This document shows, piece after piece, positions 57,945-64,000 of a DNA stretch of 64,000 bases; positions within the stretch are counted from its first letter, which is position 1; each line of letters begins with the position of its first letter. The position numbers and the translations under genes are program-made. This DNA comes from a virus. The notes under the pieces are model-generated. The model was not told where the DNA came from. It did not search any database and was given only the letters and a program-made list of their open reading frames with translations. The stretch covers positions 49,468 to 113,467 of the IMG/VR virus record IMGVR_UViG_3300012685_000001, one strand, 5' to 3'.

Positions 57945-59499
57945 GGTACTTCTCCAGAAAACGTGTCAGACTATCAGCACTGTTTTCTATTCTACCATCA
58001 GGGTCTGACACTCCAGTCAGGATTCCCTTACTTACTCTTGCTTTGTAATTGAGTCTTGTGAGCTGGTATTCTTCAATACTTTTACTGAGAATGAGATTGT
58101 CGATGAAGACGGTTCTGAAAGTAGAGCTAGCTCTAACATGCCGTCCATTTCGCTGTTTAAATGCTCCAGAAGACTGCGGAAGGTCGTAATTAATGAGGTG
58201 GCTTGCTGCATAGAGATCCACTCCATAACCTCCGGCGTCGGAGGAGAGAAACAGTCTAACGTCAGGATCATTTGTAAATCGGTCAATGGCATTTCCACGC
58301 TGGGTTCCATTCAAACCTCCATGAAATAGTACTGATTGATACTTGTCAAGTCCTTCTTGCAACAGAGGAAGAACACCTCTGAAACGGGCAAAGATGATCA
58401 CCTTGTGGAGAGGGTTCTTTTCCAGGTACTCCGTTGCTAGCTCCAGACATGCCTCCAGCTTAGCCCCATGAGAGCCCTCAGGAAGCAATCTGCCAGCCTT
58501 CCAGAGCTGGTTGGCATACTTGCTGCCTCTGGGATCTTCTGGGTCCTCATACGCCCTTGCAGAGCTTTCTAAGAGGGATGGATCATCAAGCAATAAGTGA
58601 AGGGCAAGAAGTCGTGAGGTGATAGCTCCCAATCCATCTCCGCTGTTATCAGTCTGGGATCCATTGTAGAAATTATTGAGATCCTTTCCGGAACTTGGTG
58701 GGGCATTGTAAAGTTCTCGAAGAAGTTCTCTGGAAATCTGATTGTATAAACTTTTAGTTTCACTATCCATCTCCACATAGCAATTGAATTCTTCTACGGT
58801 CGGCATGAACTCAGCAACATCAGGATCTTCTCTCCTCTTGGAGATACAAGCAGTCATAAGTCGAGCATTCAATTCAGGCATATTCTTATAGCCTGTAATA
58901 AAGTTATACGAATTACGAACTATAAAATCATTCTCGAATTCTCTCCAGTTACCTAATATAGAGGCATCAATCCACTGCATAATAGAGAACAGTTCTTCTG
59001 CCTTGCCATTCTCTACTGGCTCAGCAGTCAAACCAATACGGTAAGGAGCCTTAAGCTTCTTGACTGCCTTGGTCTGCTGAGTACCGAAGTTCTTTATGGA
59101 GGTCACTTCGTCCACAAGGACAAGACTCGGATTGATCTTTTGTATGAACGGCAAATCCGAAACTACTTGGCGTAAACCCATAATCAAATAGTCGGGAGGG
59201 TCTGACAAAATTTGTTCGCAAATAGCTGAGCGTTTCTTCGGAGAGATAGAGCCGTCTATTACTATCGCAGAGGAATCCGTAAACTGTTTGATCCTCTGAT
59301 CCCATTGCTTCGTTAAACTGCTGCTCATTATCAGTAAGGCGCACTGTACATCCCCTCTTTCCCTCAGCTCTTCAATAGCTGCAATAGAAACAATAGTCTT
59401 ACCTGTTCCCAGGTCCAACGCCAATAGAGCCTGACCCCTTTCGGTAATCAGGCTCTTGGCTTGTTCTTGGTACTCTCTTAACTCACCTAAAAATGTCAT
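57931..59499 (-). CDS. SNF2-family helicase
   Basis: 'LREYQ', 'LGTGKT', 'VDE', 'GLTA.P.EN', '[11 protein letters not shown]', 'QRNGR..R'. Confidence 0.92.
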   Translation of the reverse strand: MTFLGELREYQEQAKSLITERGQALLALDLGTGKTIVSIAAIEELRERGDVQCALLIMSSSLTKQWDQRIKQFTDSSAIVIDGSISPKKRSAICEQILSDPPDYLIMGLRQVVSDLPFIQKINPSLVLVDEVTSIKNFGTQQTKAVKKLKAPYRIGLTAEPVENGKAEELFSIMQWIDASILGNWREFENDFIVRNSYNFITGYKNMPELNARLMTACISKRREDPDVAEFMPTVEEFNCYVEMDSETKSLYNQISRELLRELYNAPPSSGKDLNNFYNGSQTDNSGDGLGAITSRLLALHLLLDDPSLLESSARAYEDPEDPRGSKYANQLWKAGRLLPEGSHGAKLEACLELATEYLEKNPLHKVIIFARFRGVLPLLQEGLDKYQSVLFHGGLNGTQRGNAIDRFTNDPDVRLFLSSDAGGYGVDLYAASHLINYDLPQSSGAFKQRNGRHVRASSTFRTVFIDNLILSKSIEEYQLTRLNYKARVSKGILTGVSDPDGRIENSADSLTRFLEKYLEKM

Positions 59500-59521
59500 A
59501 GGCGCATTCTAACAGATATCG

Positions 59522-59752
59522 TTAGTCACTACCAGCCTCAAAGATAATTCCCTTCGTAAGGGGACCCCAGTTAGTAATCTCCATACCGTCAGCCTCGTCA
59601 GTAAAACCCTCATACATTTCAGAGAGATCCGAATCAGCTGCCTGAGCCAACAGAATTTCCTTGGCCTCCTCAGGAGTCTCAGCAGCCACAAGAATTTCGT
59701 TGTAGCAGCCATAGCCCCAGTGCTTAGGGTGAATCATGTAGACGTTCAGCAT
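59522..59752 (-). CDS. hypothetical acidic protein
   Basis: Coupled to primase stop. Confidence 0.6.
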   Translation of the reverse strand: MLNVYMIHPKHWGYGCYNEILVAAETPEEAKEILLAQAADSDLSEMYEGFTDEADGMEITNWGPLTKGIIFEAGSD

Positions 59753-60759
59753 TAGTTTCCCCTATAGGTAAGAATACTTTTGGCTCGGAGTACAGACTTC
59801 TGAATATCCTGGTTCGTTACACCCTCAGTACCCAAGTCTTTAGCCCAAGGTATATGAGAATAGTCAACGAACTTAATTCTCTTTCCACTGCGAAGATATC
59901 GTTCCCGCAAGGAACGCATTTTACTGAGTCCCGCAGCATCATTGTCCAGAGCAAAGATAATGATTTCCGCCCTGTCAAAGAGAAGTTCTAGTTGTCTGTC
60001 AGAAATCTGTACACCATAGGAAGATACAGCACCAGAGATCCCAGCAGTATACAGCCGTAGACAATCCAGCGGACTCTCCAAGATGACTGCCGTTGAGCCT
60101 GTGAGTGTTTCCAGTCCAAATAGAGTTTCAGATTTTTCGACCCTTGCCGGTTTATTACAGAACCATCCTTCACCCTTTTCCTGGTATCCCCATAGTTTTC
60201 CTGTATCAGGATCACGTATGGGAAGTATCCAGTTTTCTTTATTCGAATCCCATAGTACGCCGTAACGAGTTACAGCTCCCGAAGAAATTCTTCGTTGTTC
60301 CAGCGCCGAGTACGGTGGAGAAGTGAAGAGCGCCAATCGTGCTTCGTTCCACGCTGGTATCCCCTCGTTTCGTTCGAAATCAGCAGACCTCCCTTGGGAA
60401 TTATCCAGTACTCGTCGAAGTCGGGAGATTCCACCACGATTACGGACCCACTGTTCTGCGTCAGCTCGATCATATCCTTTAACCTCCTGGACTAGATAAA
60501 CGAATGAACCACTGAAACCACACGAGAAACAGGAATGCTGACCTGTCTCAGTATTTACACTCCATTTATTAGGGCGAGTATTTTTCTTGCCCACCCTTTC
60601 AAAATGTCCTGGACATAAAGCCCAAGCTTCTTCATGAACAATTCGGGAAACTGCTATACCAAGTTCTTCAAGAGAAGACAGCACATCACCAGGAATAGGT
60701 ACTCCAGTACTGTTCCAGCCGCTAGAAACCCCCCGCAAATTGCGTGCTGTATTCCTCAT
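59752..60759 (-). CDS. DNA primase (CHC2 Zn finger + TOPRIM)
   Basis: CP.H..CFSCG; 'ESPLD', 'ALDNDAAG', 'KD.G'. Confidence 0.92.
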   Translation of the reverse strand: MRNTARNLRGVSSGWNSTGVPIPGDVLSSLEELGIAVSRIVHEEAWALCPGHFERVGKKNTRPNKWSVNTETGQHSCFSCGFSGSFVYLVQEVKGYDRADAEQWVRNRGGISRLRRVLDNSQGRSADFERNEGIPAWNEARLALFTSPPYSALEQRRISSGAVTRYGVLWDSNKENWILPIRDPDTGKLWGYQEKGEGWFCNKPARVEKSETLFGLETLTGSTAVILESPLDCLRLYTAGISGAVSSYGVQISDRQLELLFDRAEIIIFALDNDAAGLSKMRSLRERYLRSGKRIKFVDYSHIPWAKDLGTEGVTNQDIQKSVLRAKSILTYRGN

Positions 60760-62014
60760 TGTCTAGCTCCTGATCATTAGCATCTTCCATGTCAAAGTCT
60801 GGAAGTTCCAGGAACGTTCCAGTGTCGTAGTCAAACTCTAGCATGATGCTACACGGTACACAAGATCGGGAAAGCATAATCTTCATACGTCGCATATCAG
60901 AAGATTCCGGTACTCTCTCAATACCGATAACAGTATTGGAATACTGAATGAAAGAACGAGAACCCATGATGGAATCGAAGTTCAGTTCCTCTCCCTTGGT
61001 ACGTGCCGGAGTTGATTGAGTAACAGCAATAATACACTTCTCCTTATTCATCGCAAGTTTCTTGAGACCGGATACGATATTGGTCAAAGCAGCAGGCGAT
61101 CCCTTGGCTTCACCTCTCTCATCCTCCATCATGTATACACCATCGATAATAACAACATCGGCCTCAAAGGCTTCTGTCTTTGCTCTCACCGCAGACAAGG
61201 TTTCACAATCCTGAGAAATCATCATTGCAGGCAATTCTTCAGTCTTCTTAATAGCTTCCTGAAGTTTCAGCCAATTATCGTGATCAATGTTTCCACTGTT
61301 CAGAAGATTGTCATTGAATCCTGCACGATATGCGTCAAGTCTACGCTCCTGTTCCTCTACTGTCTGCTCATATGTCAGATACAGTACACGATACCCGGCT
61401 TCCTGAATAGTCATGGCCATTACCATAGCCAAGGTTGATTTACTTGCCTTCGCCAGACCTGTCAAAGTAATGAGCTGACCAGGCTGAAGGCCCTGTGTGG
61501 CTCTGTCGATCGTTGGAAAACCTGTAGGGACACCAACTAGTGTTCCAGGGTTGTTCTTGCGTTCAAGGTACCTCTCAAGCCTCTCAGCACCGTTCTGTGA
61601 AACATCCACATCCCGGCTGTTGGGAATGGCTGTATGCACCTTGGACAACGTCATTCCCAGGAAATTGACAGCAGTATCAATGTCACCTGCGTCAAATGCC
61701 TCAGTGAACTTATCAAGATTCTCATTAAGAACAGCAGTAATATATTGCTTTTCAATACGCTGCTTGATATCTTCCCAAGGCTCATCCACATCGACAATAC
61801 GAACAGGCCGACCACTCTTGTCCTGAAAATCGGACAGGAATACCCGCTCTGTAGGAACAGAACCTATCTCGTAATAGTAATCGCGGATAAATTCATATGC
61901 TGGTCCATAAATTTCATCAGTCAAGAAGTAAGGAGGAATATCGACAACTTCCGATATGTCCTGTTCCTTGATGATCTTAGAAACAAATAGCTTTTCGACA
62001 TTCAATGTCGCCAA
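60722..62014 (-). CDS. dnaB: DnaB-like replicative helicase
   Basis: 'GVPTGF..ID..T.GLQPGQL', Walker A variant 'GLAKASKS', 'IIDG', 'SRSF.Q'. Confidence 0.9.
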   Translation of the reverse strand: MATLNVEKLFVSKIIKEQDISEVVDIPPYFLTDEIYGPAYEFIRDYYYEIGSVPTERVFLSDFQDKSGRPVRIVDVDEPWEDIKQRIEKQYITAVLNENLDKFTEAFDAGDIDTAVNFLGMTLSKVHTAIPNSRDVDVSQNGAERLERYLERKNNPGTLVGVPTGFPTIDRATQGLQPGQLITLTGLAKASKSTLAMVMAMTIQEAGYRVLYLTYEQTVEEQERRLDAYRAGFNDNLLNSGNIDHDNWLKLQEAIKKTEELPAMMISQDCETLSAVRAKTEAFEADVVIIDGVYMMEDERGEAKGSPAALTNIVSGLKKLAMNKEKCIIAVTQSTPARTKGEELNFDSIMGSRSFIQYSNTVIGIERVPESSDMRRMKIMLSRSCVPCSIMLEFDYDTGTFLELPDFDMEDANDQELDNEEYSTQFAGGF

Positions 62015-62022
62015 AACCCCTC

Positions 62023-62478
62023 CTAAGTAATAAGGTTCAGTAGATTTATCTGATCACTGTTACAGTACTTCCCCTTACTGCCCCATGTCAAAACTCTTTG
62101 AGGATCAGGATCTAATACCCCAATGATTGCAGGATCTGTTTTGAGGTCTCCCAGGAGACCTATCTTGTCATAGTAATGTACATCACCGAACAACAGATTA
62201 CGGCTGTCCATCTTATCTCGTATTGCCGAAACAAAACCGGGATCTATAAAGGTAATGACGTCTACTCTGAAACGTCTTACCCAATATAGATCCCGTATTC
62301 CCTGTGCACTATTGATGTTCAATTGATAATAGTCAGCTACCTGTTGCCACTTTTTCCTTTTCCGCGCCAAAAGCTCTGCGGTTCGGTCCTTGGCTGAACT
62401 AGGAGAAAGACCAATCAAATTCTCGAATACAACATATACACGTGGAAGAGTTTCGTTCGATAATTCACCTCTCTGCAT
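62023..62478 (-). CDS. degenerate HAD-fold protein
   Basis: 'VYVVFENLI..V.DPD'; weak similarity in style to 29732. Confidence 0.5.
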   Translation of the reverse strand: MQRGELSNETLPRVYVVFENLIGLSPSSAKDRTAELLARKRKKWQQVADYYQLNINSAQGIRDLYWVRRFRVDVITFIDPGFVSAIRDKMDSRNLLFGDVHYYDKIGLLGDLKTDPAIIGVLDPDPQRVLTWGSKGKYCNSDQINLLNLIT

Positions 62479-62722
62479 TCAGCATCATTTCAATCTGTCT
62501 CTGAACTCGATCAGCATAGAACTGAATTTGCTTATCATCCATTTCCTCAAAAGTAAGAGGATCAATGGCTACACTATTTTCTTCGGGAGTCCAGTCCTCT
62601 GGGTCCTCATCGAAAGTAGTACTAGACATTCCTATTCCACTCCTTGCAGTCGCAGTCTTTCTTGGGTCTATTGTGCTTATGACACCACATTCTGTGTCTC
62701 CAAATAGGTTCCAGAACAACAT
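62465..62722 (-). CDS. hypothetical protein
   Basis: Operon ORF. Confidence 0.55.
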   Translation of the reverse strand: MLFWNLFGDTECGVISTIDPRKTATARSGIGMSSTTFDEDPEDWTPEENSVAIDPLTFEEMDDKQIQFYADRVQRQIEMMLNAER

Positions 62723-63027
62723 CCGTCACAACCATGAACACCTAGCCCATGATTGCCTTGCTTAGCATGAAAGACTACAGCATCAGGATCACTGTGTCCA
62801 ATACCATGATCACAGAAGCGCTCAGCAAAGCCATACTTGAAGCCGTCAGTACGAAGAGCAATCTTCGCGTTCTTAAGAGGATGGTCAGAAGGATTGTGAA
62901 TACAGCAGAACTCTCCTGCACAAACTTCTCGCTTGTGCACCTTCCACACTATATCAGCATCATCAGTAAAACGATCATAAGACCAGCGGCTGTTTTCTAA
63001 CAGCTTCATCAACACTCCTGCTGACAC
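62677..63027 (-). CDS. Cys/His-rich hypothetical phage protein
   Basis: 'VH...C.G..CCIHNPSDH..ER.C.HG.GH.DPD..HGCDGCC'. Confidence 0.75.
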   Translation of the reverse strand: MSAGVLMKLLENSRWSYDRFTDDADIVWKVHKREVCAGEFCCIHNPSDHPLKNAKIALRTDGFKYGFAERFCDHGIGHSDPDAVVFHAKQGNHGLGVHGCDGCCSGTYLETQNVVS

Positions 63028-63407
63028 TTGGAACAGATCCGAACCGGGACACCATTCCTGACAGTATCAATTGGATAGTGCTCATTACCTGGTGGAACGG
63101 GACAGCTCATATGAAATTCCTTAGTTGTAGTCGTCGTAATCTAATTCTTCTTCGTCACAGTCATGGTCAAGCATTGTCATTTCCGTACCGTTTTCCTGTG
63201 GAGCGAAAGACCATGCTTGGTCACAAATACCACAATACCAGTGACCGTAGAAACTAATCTCGTCACTCTGTATCTTCATAGAATTCAATAGCCTGAGCTA
63301 CCCAGGCTTCACCCTTCTGTCTGATCATCATATCGATATAGGCCTGATCAAGAGCGGCAGTCTTAGTTTCAGAGTGCCATTTGATATACGCTTCTGTACT
63401 TTCGAAA

Positions 63408-64000
63408 TCAGAAATTTCCATATGCTACTTGCGCCACCTTTACATTCAGTTTACGGATACGGCGGACAACACGGTCACGGTCATCGAAATGCATAAGGAC
63501 ATTGTACTTGCCACGAATGTGCTCGTCATACATTTCCTGCTTCACTACCGTGTCATTACGCTTGTCTTCCGTCTTACGCATATAAAACTCGTCATACATA
63601 ATATGTGCATCGCGATACCACTGAACAGTCATGTCACGCCACGTATCTGGGCGGCCGGACATACCGATGAGTGTGATGGTATCAAAGGCGCCCTGCTCAT
63701 AAATAATCTGAAGCAGCATCTTCATATTCGGATCAACTGAATCAGTATAGCAACGTGGGTAATCATAAGGAGAACGATTGTGATGAGCAGTCGTACCATC
63801 AGTATCAAAGACTACACACCAAGGGAGCTTGGGATCATATTCCAATGGGGCAGACAGACCAGGAACATCATTCATGAACTCTTCAGTCAATCGCCACGGC
63901 TTGTCAAGGAGCTTGGCCATATTCTCAATGACCTTAACACCAACAGATCGTTCTCCACGTCCGGCACGGAGAATGTCACGAGCTGCACATGTCTGCATGG
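63408..64000 (-). CDS. pnk: polynucleotide kinase/3'-phosphatase (5' end outside window)
   Basis: End of kinase domain 'C..RD..R..VG..VI..M' then HAD 'VFDTDGT', 'SGR', 'R.D.VVK', 'FDDR..VV'. Confidence 0.9.
   Translation of the reverse strand, partial: MQTCAARDILRAGRGERSVGVKVIENMAKLLDKPWRLTEEFMNDVPGLSAPLEYDPKLPWCVVFDTDGTTAHHNRSPYDYPRCYTDSVDPNMKMLLQIIYEQGAFDTITLIGMSGRPDTWRDMTVQWYRDAHIMYDEFYMRKTEDKRNDTVVKQEMYDEHIRGKYNVLMHFDDRDRVVRRIRKLNVKVAQVAYGNF

Noticed and set aside
45707-62014. Inteins or introns in recA, nrdJ, polA, helicases
   Set aside because: Proteins are of compact length with contiguous motifs; the HNH genes are free-standing

Overview
This is a 64-kb segment of a large, apparently lytic actinobacteriophage. 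The host is most plausibly Streptomyces (inferred from WhiB, Rpf-LysM, TerD, a GH25 lysin and tRNA-Leu(UAA)). No integrase or recognisable major structural genes are in view. Layout: (i) 0-6.7 kb, minus strand: 18 tRNA genes interleaved with a Ro60/Rsr (TROVE-vWA) gene, three tandem Y-RNA-like genes sharing one putative Ro-binding stem but carrying different distal modules, and several unexplained structured RNAs. (ii) 7-12.6 kb: small accessory genes (RHH, HNH, HAD-SAK, DEDD exoribonuclease, Endo VII). (iii) 12.9-26.5 kb: a GC-richer early/host-takeover region with sigma70-type promoters, long intergenic hairpins, periodic DNA repeats, TerD and an ArdA-like protein. (iv) 26.6-64 kb, minus strand: a TGT-like/HAD/nucleotidyltransferase group, lysin, Rpf, NlpC/P60, SpoVS, RuvC, ThyX, Cas4-like nuclease, WhiB, RNA ligase, RecA, class II RNR, PolA, SSB, SNF2 helicase, primase, DnaB and PNK. 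The most notable signals are the modular Ro60/three-Y-RNA locus, the non-tRNA RNAs of the tRNA array, tRNAs whose body class does not match their anticodon, and a gene that appears to start at AUU. All calls come from reading motifs by eye; no searches were run.
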